Origin: Mucilaginibacter sp.
GTDB lineage: Bacteria; Bacteroidota; Bacteroidia; Sphingobacteriales; Sphingobacteriaceae
Reading direction: 5' to 3'
Assembly: GCA_028288025.1 (NCBI GenBank)
Contig: JAQBOM010000014.1
Coordinates: 26,477-90,476, forward strand
DNA length: 64,000 nucleotides
Every line of letters starts with the position of its first letter. The stretch's first letter is position 1. The position numbers and the translations under genes are program-made. Of this stretch, positions 10,202 through 18,259 are shown one piece after another. The notes beneath the pieces were generated by a model. It was not told the origin of the DNA, did not search any database, and saw only the letters and a list, made by a program, of their open reading frames with translations.

Positions 10202-11254
10202 ATGAAGAAAAAAGTTTTACTAGTCACCGGTTCTATGAACCAAACGCTGCAAATGCAGCAGATCGCCGAACAGTTACCCGAATACGATTGCTGGTTTAGC
10301 CAGATATTTACGGATAACCCCCTCGTTAATTTTTTGCTTGAACGTGTGCCATTGCTTGACGGAACCATCCTCGGCAAAAAGCACAGGAATATTGCCGAAT
10401 CCTATCTGCGTAGTCATGATCTGAAAATAGATTACCGAGGCATACGCAACGACTACGATCTGGTGATTTATTGCACCGACATGCTGATACCAAAAAGGAT
10501 GCAAAAAACCAGGCTGGTTTTTGTACAGGAGGGAATGACCGACCGTGTTACCTGGAAAAGCCGCCTGGTAAAAACGCTGGGCTTACCGGCGTGGTTTACC
10601 GGCGATACATCCTTAAACGGGTCTTCCAATGTTTGCGACATTTATTGTGTTGCTTCGCCCGGCTATAAGGTGCACTTTACAGGGAACGGCATACATCCGC
10701 AAAAAATATTGGTTACGGGTATACCAAATTACGACAATGTACGAAGCAGCCTTGTAAACGATTTTCCGCACCAGGATTATGTGATGGTTGCGACAAGCGA
10801 CATCCGTGAAACTTTCCGCTGGGAAAACAGGAAAGCGTTCATTAAAGAGGCAGTAAGGATCGCCGCCGGCCGCCGGTTGCTTTTCAAGCTGCATCCGAAC
10901 GAAAAAATGGAGCGTGCGGTAAGCGAAATAAAGAACTTTGCTCCTGCAGGTACTTTAATTTACCAGCGCGGAAATACATTGGAAATGATCGCCAATTGCA
11001 TCGAACTGATCACTCAATACTCCACGGTTGTATATGCCGGCATCATCCTGAAAAAAAAGGTGCATTCCTATTTTGACCGCGATGTCCTTCAGCAGTTGAA
11101 ACCCTGGCAAAACAACGGCTCCTCTGCAGCTAACATTGCGCAAACTTGCCGGAATTTTCTTGAATACAGTATGATCAGCATGAAACGCTATCACGCACAG
11201 GAAGATAGTCCTGTAGATGTAAGCGGATTATTGGATGTTTTGGATGAGCGATAA
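10202..11254 (+). CDS. Hypothetical protein with a two-Rossmann (GT-B/epimerase-like) look; function unknown
   Basis: 350-aa ORF, MKKKVLLVTGSMNQT... with alternating beta-alpha character and a late FKLHPNEK...IELITQYSTVVYAG segment. I recognised no catalytic motif. Confidence 0.5.
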   Translation: MKKKVLLVTGSMNQTLQMQQIAEQLPEYDCWFSQIFTDNPLVNFLLERVPLLDGTILGKKHRNIAESYLRSHDLKIDYRGIRNDYDLVIYCTDMLIPKRMQKTRLVFVQEGMTDRVTWKSRLVKTLGLPAWFTGDTSLNGSSNVCDIYCVASPGYKVHFTGNGIHPQKILVTGIPNYDNVRSSLVNDFPHQDYVMVATSDIRETFRWENRKAFIKEAVRIAAGRRLLFKLHPNEKMERAVSEIKNFAPAGTLIYQRGNTLEMIANCIELITQYSTVVYAGIILKKKVHSYFDRDVLQQLKPWQNNGSSAANIAQTCRNFLEYSMISMKRYHAQEDSPVDVSGLLDVLDER

Positions 11255-11279
11255 ACTGCATTTTTGAAATGATAATCAA

Positions 11280-12995
11280 TTATGGTTTTGATTGTCCTTG
11301 TTGCTCCAACTGGTCGTATAGGTAAAAAGGCTGGGCGTTAAACTTTTTCCAGTCCGCTGTTAATATTTCCTTAAGTCTTTGTTCTGACGCAGTCAGGTCA
11401 GTTTTTTTTGTGTAATATTTCAGCAGATTGTAACAAGTAGTAAATTGGCCTGCACCCACAATGGCTTTCAGGCATCCAGCCTCCTTTTGAAATTGGTCAA
11501 ACCATAGTGTAGTCGGCATAAGCCGCGCCTGTTCCGCAATCATAATTAAATAATGACCAGGAGGTGGCTGGATTTCAGCAGGCTCGTTTCCCTTCGTAGA
11601 GCCATAGCTTAGCTCATCAGGCAATCCCTGATCCTGGTCGGCGTGCTGTTTGGCCAGGCTCAGATCATAAATTGCATTGCTTACAGTAATGGTTCGCAAT
11701 TCCGCATCTGAATAAATCTTTTCGTAATATAATCGCCGGATCTGCTTCAGGTAAAGATCGTCGGCTAGTAAAAAAACAGATTTCAGCCGCGAGGTCACCA
11801 TTTGTTTAATACGGCTATAGCGTATGGTGAGAAAGTAGTTTACATACGAAAAGAGCACCACAAGCCAGGTGCTTTTCTCTTTAAATGCCTTCCTTTTTTC
11901 GCGGTTTAAATAAAACGCGCCAGCCAGGTAAGCTGCCAAACTAAGTCCGGGCAATACAATAACATATTTCATCCACTCCGCCCAATTCTTCAATAATACC
12001 CAGGCCAATATCCCCACGAAAGCGAGACCAAGAATTTTGATACCATTAACAACCTGTTGTAAAGTAAAGTTATTATACCAGTTTCTCTTTTCCATCGGCA
12101 GGGTATAACCATCAACGAAGTAGCTCCCAACGTCCGTTACGATAACCAGGTCGAATCCTTTACCGACGCTTTTTCGTCGTGCATTTGATTTAAAAACACT
12201 GTCGATAGCCTGGTTATCCGCGACGCCGCCGTCCATCAGGCCAAAACGACCAGGTACCTTTTTAAACTCTTCGCTGGACAAAAGATCCCTCGAGGGGTCC
12301 TTAATGGTAAAGGGGTTTGCCTTCAGCGAAATACTGCGCCCTAAATGCTCGCGGGTTAGGGCGCCATACGCAAAATCGTCAGGAAAAATGACAGGCTCAA
12401 ATCCACCGGAAAAACAGGAAGAACAGGCCATGATGTCGCCTAACAGCAATTGGCCCCCAACGTCCGGGTCGTTAAAATAAATGTAATAATTGCCGATCCT
12501 GCCGGAAGGCAAATGCTTGTTCTGTGATTGAAAACGGAAGCTTAGCCCATTGGTAAATTCCGTGGCATTTACACAAACGTCTTCCAGATGAGGGATGACT
12601 CCTGGTGCAGGCTCATATAGGTGTTTAAAGGTTGCATGACCAAAAAGCTCATCATAGGCAATGGAGAAACCATTGATCAGGTTTCTGCTTTTGTCATCCC
12701 GGCCATTCCATTTTTCTTTCGACTTTAAAATTTTAAATACATTACTGATGAGGTCCTCGCCATTCATGGCTTGCAGGGCCTTCTGATAAGTTGGTAGAAA
12801 TCCCCCGCCTCGTGCTACTGAGAGACTATAAAAAATATTGGTTAGGCTGCCGCCGGACGTAGAACCTATAAATTTGACATTTTGAATCAGCCGTTTACCG
12901 TCGATTTCAACCTCGTTGAGATATGAGAGGGCACCCAAGGAAAATGCCGCGGCACGGAACCCGCCACCTGAAAAAGCCAATGCAATATTTTCCAT
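11280..12995 (-). CDS. Patatin-like phospholipase with internal transmembrane anchor
   Basis: 571 aa. It has the SGGGFRAAAF oxyanion motif, the GTSGGS (GxSxG) nucleophile and the MDGGVADNQ (DGG) catalytic Asp. Hydrophobic helices lie at about aa 315-375 (ILGLAFVGILAWVLL, VIVLPGLSLAAYLAGAFYL). Confidence 0.85.
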   Translation of the reverse strand: MENIALAFSGGGFRAAAFSLGALSYLNEVEIDGKRLIQNVKFIGSTSGGSLTNIFYSLSVARGGGFLPTYQKALQAMNGEDLISNVFKILKSKEKWNGRDDKSRNLINGFSIAYDELFGHATFKHLYEPAPGVIPHLEDVCVNATEFTNGLSFRFQSQNKHLPSGRIGNYYIYFNDPDVGGQLLLGDIMACSSCFSGGFEPVIFPDDFAYGALTREHLGRSISLKANPFTIKDPSRDLLSSEEFKKVPGRFGLMDGGVADNQAIDSVFKSNARRKSVGKGFDLVIVTDVGSYFVDGYTLPMEKRNWYNNFTLQQVVNGIKILGLAFVGILAWVLLKNWAEWMKYVIVLPGLSLAAYLAGAFYLNREKRKAFKEKSTWLVVLFSYVNYFLTIRYSRIKQMVTSRLKSVFLLADDLYLKQIRRLYYEKIYSDAELRTITVSNAIYDLSLAKQHADQDQGLPDELSYGSTKGNEPAEIQPPPGHYLIMIAEQARLMPTTLWFDQFQKEAGCLKAIVGAGQFTTCYNLLKYYTKKTDLTASEQRLKEILTADWKKFNAQPFYLYDQLEQQGQSKP

Positions 12996-13062
12996 TTAAC
13001 CAAGATTTAGGAATAACAAAAATGTCGTCAACGCACTATATTCATGCAATCAATCTGGTTCT

Positions 13063-14868
13063 TTATCCAAACAACACACGATCCATACAATGCAGGTCGT
13101 TAGGATCGAAGTACCTTACCGCCCAGCTATCGTTATTATACAGCGTTAGCGGCGCCGTATCAATCGTTGCCGCCATAGCCGGCGTATTATCACTTCCCTT
13201 AACGGCGCCTGGGGCACTGGCGGCTTTTGGGGCCATATTCGCATTGCGGAAATCAAAATGATCAACCAGAGCCACGGCTTCGAGCGCAAAAACAGTTGCA
13301 ATATCTGTGTCGTTAATCTGGATCAGGTTATCGCCATTCTGTTCCTCGCCGCCCAGCGCCAAATTTGAAGAGCCGCACCAAACCACGGCGTTATCTGTAT
13401 TAAAGTCGCAAATGATAAACTTATGATGTATCTGGTGCCCCATGTTAATAGAATGTTCTTTATCAAATGGGGGCGGCAAAATAGTTGTTCCGGGCTTACC
13501 ACCAACCAATACCCCGGTTTTATTGCCGGGCTTATATAATGAAATGCCCCCCGGCGCATCTGAAATGCCATAGCTGAATATATTCTGATTCTGATGAATA
13601 TTTTGAAGTGCGGGGAACACCGGCCCGCTGCCTGCCGAGATATCCATTACCGCAAAAAGCACGCTGCTCGTCGCAGCTTTGACCCGGGCAGCTACAGCAT
13701 CCAGCGTCGACTCTGCAACGCCGGCAGGATGCGGTGAAAAGGTAACGCTCATCTTCGGCAAACCAAGCTGGTTAAATGAAAAAGGAGCTGCGGCCAATGC
13801 GGAGGTATTAAATTTTTCGGATACACCATCGTTCCATGCGTCATTAAATACCTTGGAATAAAGGTCGGCAACGTTGGCATTATTAAAAACCACCACGTGA
13901 TTGGAGTTCACATACATGCCTGTTACCGAAAAGTTGGTTGAACCCGTGAGCACCTTTAGCGGTTGCTTATTTTTATAAACAATAAATATCTTATCGTGGG
14001 CAAAACGGCCGAACTTCCCGCGTAAAATTGCCGCCGGAGCTTTGGTAACGGTATTAAACTTTTGTTCGAATGCATCTTCGGGAACCCCCGGGCCATGATG
14101 AAGGGGCGCATTGTCTAATATAACCCGCACCCTGCCTGAAGCAGCCAGGTCCAGCAGGATTGTCACCAGGTCGGGCTCATTCAGGTCATATGCAAAGACA
14201 TCCATAGTCAATGAACTGTCCTGAACAACAGCATCGAGGATTTCAAAAATCCTTTCGCGCGCGGTGAAGCCCGACCATTGATACTCCTGCAGGAACGTGT
14301 ACGTTTGGCCGGCCGCATTTGTCCCGGCGGTTCCCCCGGTGTCAAATTGCAAATCTTTTCCTGCCGGACGAAACTGCGCCTTCAGGCCAAAGCGATGCGT
14401 AAACGCCTGCGATTGCGTGAAGCCCCGGGTAAAACCCAGCTGTACCTGGCTCGTTGCAAACGGTACCACCTGCACTTCTACCGAAACGCTTAATGACGGA
14501 TCGATAGCTGTTAACAGCCCGTTATTAAAATAGCGCGGCGTAATTGTGTATGTGTAAGCTCCATAGAAAACGGTTTCTCCCTGGTGAAACGAACCCGGCA
14601 CGTGCAGCCACCTGAACTTTTGTATCGGCGCATTGGCCGAAGAGTTGGGACTGGTTTCGGATGCAACGGTTGCATTTTTACCGCCAGGCAATACCAGGTT
14701 ATTAAAAAGGTAGTAGGCCGGTTTCCCGTGAGGCTGAACCTGTATGGAAAAACCCGCCAGGTTAGTTGCCTTTTTACTATCAGTAAAATTAAAGGCCAAT
14801 AGGGTTTTAGCATCGCCCTGCCAGGCTTTGACTGAAAAGCCAACCGGATTAGTGCTTTGTACAAACAT
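13063..14868 (-). CDS. Phospholipase D / HKD-superfamily protein with unknown ~280-aa N-terminal domain
   Basis: 601 aa. The first motif is AHDKIFIV...GSTNFS. The second, canonical HxKxxxxD motif is HHKFIICD...GSSNLALGG. No signal peptide is visible. Confidence 0.85.
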   Translation of the reverse strand: MFVQSTNPVGFSVKAWQGDAKTLLAFNFTDSKKATNLAGFSIQVQPHGKPAYYLFNNLVLPGGKNATVASETSPNSSANAPIQKFRWLHVPGSFHQGETVFYGAYTYTITPRYFNNGLLTAIDPSLSVSVEVQVVPFATSQVQLGFTRGFTQSQAFTHRFGLKAQFRPAGKDLQFDTGGTAGTNAAGQTYTFLQEYQWSGFTARERIFEILDAVVQDSSLTMDVFAYDLNEPDLVTILLDLAASGRVRVILDNAPLHHGPGVPEDAFEQKFNTVTKAPAAILRGKFGRFAHDKIFIVYKNKQPLKVLTGSTNFSVTGMYVNSNHVVVFNNANVADLYSKVFNDAWNDGVSEKFNTSALAAAPFSFNQLGLPKMSVTFSPHPAGVAESTLDAVAARVKAATSSVLFAVMDISAGSGPVFPALQNIHQNQNIFSYGISDAPGGISLYKPGNKTGVLVGGKPGTTILPPPFDKEHSINMGHQIHHKFIICDFNTDNAVVWCGSSNLALGGEEQNGDNLIQINDTDIATVFALEAVALVDHFDFRNANMAPKAASAPGAVKGSDNTPAMAATIDTAPLTLYNNDSWAVRYFDPNDLHCMDRVLFG

Positions 14869-15075
14869 GATAAGGTTAATTAAGCGGAAATAAATAACAC
14901 ACGATTAAAATAAAATGATTACCTAAAAGTATGATGAATAATAGATAAATAACAGGGTGTTTTCACGGTATTTTTAACCGTATTTAAACTAGGTGTCAAA
15001 ACTGCCACCTCCCAACCCCGGTCAGGCGTCTTTCGCTTGACCATAAACAATTTGAGCGTCCACGCTCAAATAAAG

Positions 15076-15105
15076 AAAGCCCTCAAAAATTAATCTGAGG
15101 GCTTT
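15076..15105 (-). terminator. Rho-independent terminator downstream of the SDR gene
   Basis: A 10-bp perfect stem, AAAGCCCTCA (15076-15085) / TGAGGGCTTT (15096-15105). On the minus-strand transcript it is followed by CUUUAUUU. A second hairpin, TTGAGCG-TCCA-CGCTCAA, lies at 15052-15069. Confidence 0.7.
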
Positions 15106-15189
15106 TCGTGGTATCAGTTGAAATCGAACCAGCGACACAAGGGTTTTCCGGATGCAGGTTTAACCGAGCGCTTGTATTAACTCCGGCGC

Positions 15190-16044
15190 TTATTGCTCCG
15201 CATCAGGGTAATCAGCACCCAGGGAAAGGTCTTTCCAGTAGGTAAAGTTTTCTTTAAGGGTTTCTGCCTTCTCTACAGCAAGATCATAGGCCATTTTGCC
15301 CAATACCAAACGGAGATAGGAAGCGTCAGACTCAATCGCCTTTATAATAGCTTCACATGCCCTTATCGGGTCTCCTTTTTGTTTACCGCTTCCTTCCAGG
15401 CTAATTTTCATCCGGGCATCTACGGTATCCATATAATCTTCAATTTTAACCGGCGTACGGCTGGTCGAGCGGCCTGCCCAGTCCGTACGGAAAGGCCCTG
15501 GTTCTACTACCAGTACTTTTATCCCCAGCGGACCTACTTCTTTAGCTAACGATTCGGATAAACCCTCTACCGCAAATTTGGTAGCGTGGTAAAAGCCGGT
15601 TGCGGTAAAACCAACAAGACCGCCAATGGATGAAAAATTTAAGATATGTCCGTGCCGTCTTTTACGCATACCCGGCAAAGCAGCCTGTATCACGTTAACC
15701 AATCCAAAAAAATTGGTTTCAAATTGCGCCCGTATTTTTTCTTCCTCGGCTTCCTCTATGCTGGTGAAGTAACCATACCCGGCATTGTTTACCAATACAT
15801 CAACTTTGCCAAAGGTTGTTTCCGCCTTGCTGATGGCGCTTGCAACCTGCGCTTTATCGGTTACATCCAGTGGCAGCACCAGCGCAGCGCTTTCGTAACC
15901 GTCGGCCAGGTCGGCAACGGTTTCAATTTTTCGTGCAGTAATTACCGCGTTCCAGCCTTTACTTAATATTATTTTAGCCAGTTCTCTTCCAAATCCTGTG
16001 GAGCAGCCGGTGATAAACCACACAGGAGCGTTCGTTCTTTCCAT
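15190..16044 (-). CDS. Short-chain dehydrogenase/reductase (classical SDR)
   Basis: Track ORF 15190..16230; the likely start is ATG at 16044 (MERTNAPVWFITGCSTGFGRELA). It has TGxxxGxG, NNAG and YHATK (YxxxK) motifs. Confidence 0.85.
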   Translation of the reverse strand: MERTNAPVWFITGCSTGFGRELAKIILSKGWNAVITARKIETVADLADGYESAALVLPLDVTDKAQVASAISKAETTFGKVDVLVNNAGYGYFTSIEEAEEEKIRAQFETNFFGLVNVIQAALPGMRKRRHGHILNFSSIGGLVGFTATGFYHATKFAVEGLSESLAKEVGPLGIKVLVVEPGPFRTDWAGRSTSRTPVKIEDYMDTVDARMKISLEGSGKQKGDPIRACEAIIKAIESDASYLRLVLGKMAYDLAVEKAETLKENFTYWKDLSLGADYPDAEQ

Positions 16045-16489
16045 TTTTTTTAATTTAATATTTGATAACAATGCTTCAGTTAAACAGTTGTTTTTTGAAA
16101 GCGTGAAATTCCCAAACGGGGCGTACTTTAACATCACATGGCTGTAATATTTGAGCAACAATAATGGCGACAAATTGTAAAATAGCCAGGTGTACCGCGC
16201 TCTTGAACAGCGTCTTTTTAAACAGTACATGCCGGGTCATTTAGTTACCAATTATTAGGTGTGCCGGGTGTCTCATTTATTGAGAGAGATACAGCTGATA
16301 CAGCGTACCACCCGGTACAGGTGGACACACCTGAATACAGTTGAACACACTGACAAAACATTGTCACCGTTTTTACTAAACCTTTGTCGCTCGATTATTA
16401 CTTTATTAAATCAAAAGAGGAATGAGTTTAACGATATTCGACGTTTTTCCTTAACTGGTTACTTTCCATTTGATAGTTTGGTATTTGGA

Positions 16490-16709
16490 TTACGAGATCT
16501 CCCAAAGATCAGGTGTGATTTTGGTTTCTTTCCAATCCCCTGCATCGTAATGCCAGTGATGGCTCCGGCCAATTTGCATACCCGTATACTGCCGGTCGCC
16601 AAATGTTTTATAACGGTTATAGCCAGCTAATAAGTTTTTTTTTTCTGCCTATCCTGCCCGCCTCTTTATCGGCCGATTTGGTTTTGGTGCTTTTTATTTT
16701 CTTTTCCAT
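16490..16709 (-). pseudogene. Small conserved basic protein (~72 aa) interrupted by a frameshift in an A10 run
   Basis: Hand translation from ATG at 16709 gives MEKKIKSTKTKSADKEAGRIGRKKK, then a stop after 5 more codons. One base out of frame, the reading continues LLAGYNRYKTFGDRQYTGMQIGRSHHWHYDAGDWKETKITPDLWEIS* (stop at 16490-16492). The frames meet at the T10 run at 16635-16644 (A10 on the coding strand). Confidence 0.6.
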
Positions 16710-16728
16710 AAGGAATAGTATTAATGTT

Positions 16729-17199
16729 CTATTTAATGATCCGCGCTGCCTGCGTCGAATTTAGCCTTTCAAGTACCTTGAATTTTTTACCGGCCTGGCG
16801 GTTATAGTTTTTGAAAAAATTTTCCAGCTGCTTCATAATCCCTTCAGGCAAATCGTCAGCTTCATTGATCGTAATAAATTGCTGCGACACATCGGGAATA
16901 GCCAGGAAACGGTCGTTCCGCATAGTTTTGCCATCACGTTCAGTTTGCTCGGCTTTTATAGCCCCTATTATTCGGCAGTCAATAACACAGCCTGGAAAAC
17001 TGGCCATTTCCGAAATAACAATAATATCCAATGGGTCGCCGTCCTCACCCTTTGTTCCCGGAATAAATCCAAAATCAAACGGAAACACCAAACCCGCGGG
17101 TAGTATTTTACTTACCTTAAACTGCTTGAGCTTAGGCTCGTAGTCGTACTTGTACCCGCTTCCTTTTGGGCATTCAACGATGGCTGATATTGTTTTCAA
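16729..17199 (-). CDS. ppa: Inorganic pyrophosphatase (family I)
   Basis: 156 aa. ECPKGSGYKYDYE, FPFDFGFIPGT and EDGDPLDIIV motifs. Confidence 0.9.
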   Translation of the reverse strand: MKTISAIVECPKGSGYKYDYEPKLKQFKVSKILPAGLVFPFDFGFIPGTKGEDGDPLDIIVISEMASFPGCVIDCRIIGAIKAEQTERDGKTMRNDRFLAIPDVSQQFITINEADDLPEGIMKQLENFFKNYNRQAGKKFKVLERLNSTQAARIIK

Positions 17200-17209
17200 T
17201 ATATATTAA

Positions 17210-17710
17210 TTATCGTCCGACGGGATTAAACACTGGGCTTAACTCGTCGATTAGCAGCCTGGCTGATCGGTCTACTGTCTGCATTACAATTTCTTCGGGC
17301 GATCCGGAAAAAACTTCACGAACGGGTACCTGTTTCCCGTTGATCAGGGTGTGAATAAACATGGTACCCACCGGCTTTTGCGCGTTCTCACTGCCTCCCG
17401 GCATCGTCAACCCGGTTATTGCAATATAAATATCAGCTTTAATAAAATTTTTCAGCCGGTTAGCCATTTCAGCTGTCACTTCAGCCGATTCCGGCGTATA
17501 TTTTTTTACCAGGTCTTCCGGAACGCCCAAAATATCCTGTTTGATACAGGCATCATAGCAAACTATTCCGCCCTTTAGTATCTGGCCGCAATCGGGTATC
17601 AGCGCAAATTCAGCCGACAACCGGCCCGCCGTTGCGCTTTCAGCAAATGCAACGGTTAACTTTTTATCGGACAATAATTTACTGCATTGCGCTATTAATT
17701 GAGATGGCAT
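17210..17710 (-). CDS. CinA C-terminal domain protein (nicotinamide-nucleotide amidohydrolase PncC-like)
   Basis: 166 aa. KKLTVAFAESATAGRL and ITGLTMPGG are typical of the CinA/PncC domain. Confidence 0.8.
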   Translation of the reverse strand: MPSQLIAQCSKLLSDKKLTVAFAESATAGRLSAEFALIPDCGQILKGGIVCYDACIKQDILGVPEDLVKKYTPESAEVTAEMANRLKNFIKADIYIAITGLTMPGGSENAQKPVGTMFIHTLINGKQVPVREVFSGSPEEIVMQTVDRSARLLIDELSPVFNPVGR

Positions 17711-17756
17711 AATTTATTGGTTTACATGCAGTAACAAGCAATACTTAATGTTAGTT

Positions 17757-18257
17757 TTAGCTTTCTTCCATCTCGGCGTTAGTTGCCGGTGGTTCTTCTT
17801 TTGTCGCCGTGCTTGAAGGTTTGTTTAACAGGCCGTATGCCAGCCCGGCAAATACCGCGAACACGATATGGGCAGGAACCAGTTGTAAATAATATTTATC
17901 GAAGCTGAGCCGCGGGGGCAGCGGGTGCATTTTAAAAGTGGTTTTCCAGATGGCTACTGCTGCAAGGCCGCTGATACCGCCCAGTATCAGGTTATTTTTA
18001 AAGGAAGGTTTTAATCTTTTCCTGCGCCAAAGCCAATCATAGGCAGTTGAGAATAACAAGCCTACCCCGTAATGGGCCGACCAGCCGATCAGTTGATTCT
18101 CCCTCTTATTTATAGTCGGCAAAAGCCGGTTAGCAAGTTGTCCCAATCGTTCGGGTTCGCTAAAGTTTTCCTTTTCAACCGCCGAAACGGCGTAGCTAAA
18201 AGCCGTCATAAAGGTGGTGCCGCTAATGCCCGCAAATAATATTTCTTTTGCTTTCAT
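17757..18257 (-). CDS. Small membrane protein, unknown function
   Basis: 166-aa ORF with about 4 hydrophobic helices. It ends 2 nt from the upstream oxidoreductase gene, so it is probably co-transcribed. Confidence 0.6.
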   Translation of the reverse strand: MKAKEILFAGISGTTFMTAFSYAVSAVEKENFSEPERLGQLANRLLPTINKRENQLIGWSAHYGVGLLFSTAYDWLWRRKRLKPSFKNNLILGGISGLAAVAIWKTTFKMHPLPPRLSFDKYYLQLVPAHIVFAVFAGLAYGLLNKPSSTATKEEPPATNAEMEES

Positions 18258-18259
18258 AA

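Noticed and set aside
12923-13261. 112-aa plus-strand ORF spanning the patatin/PLD junction
   Set aside because: It is antisense to two well-supported genes. The Ala/Leu-rich sequence is typical of a shadow frame.
15111-15140. tRNA-like T-loop on the minus strand (GCTGGTTCGATTTCAACTGATACCAC)
   Set aside because: The T-stem would need two mismatches. No anticodon arm, D-arm or 5' acceptor strand can be folded from the flanking sequence. It may be a very decayed tRNA scar, but the evidence is too weak to call.
16259-16630. 123-aa plus-strand ORF in the track
   Set aside because: It lies antisense to the better-supported (frameshifted) small basic protein gene at 16490-16709 and runs through the GTAC-rich repeat block. 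It has no recognisable motif and a low-complexity, odd composition.
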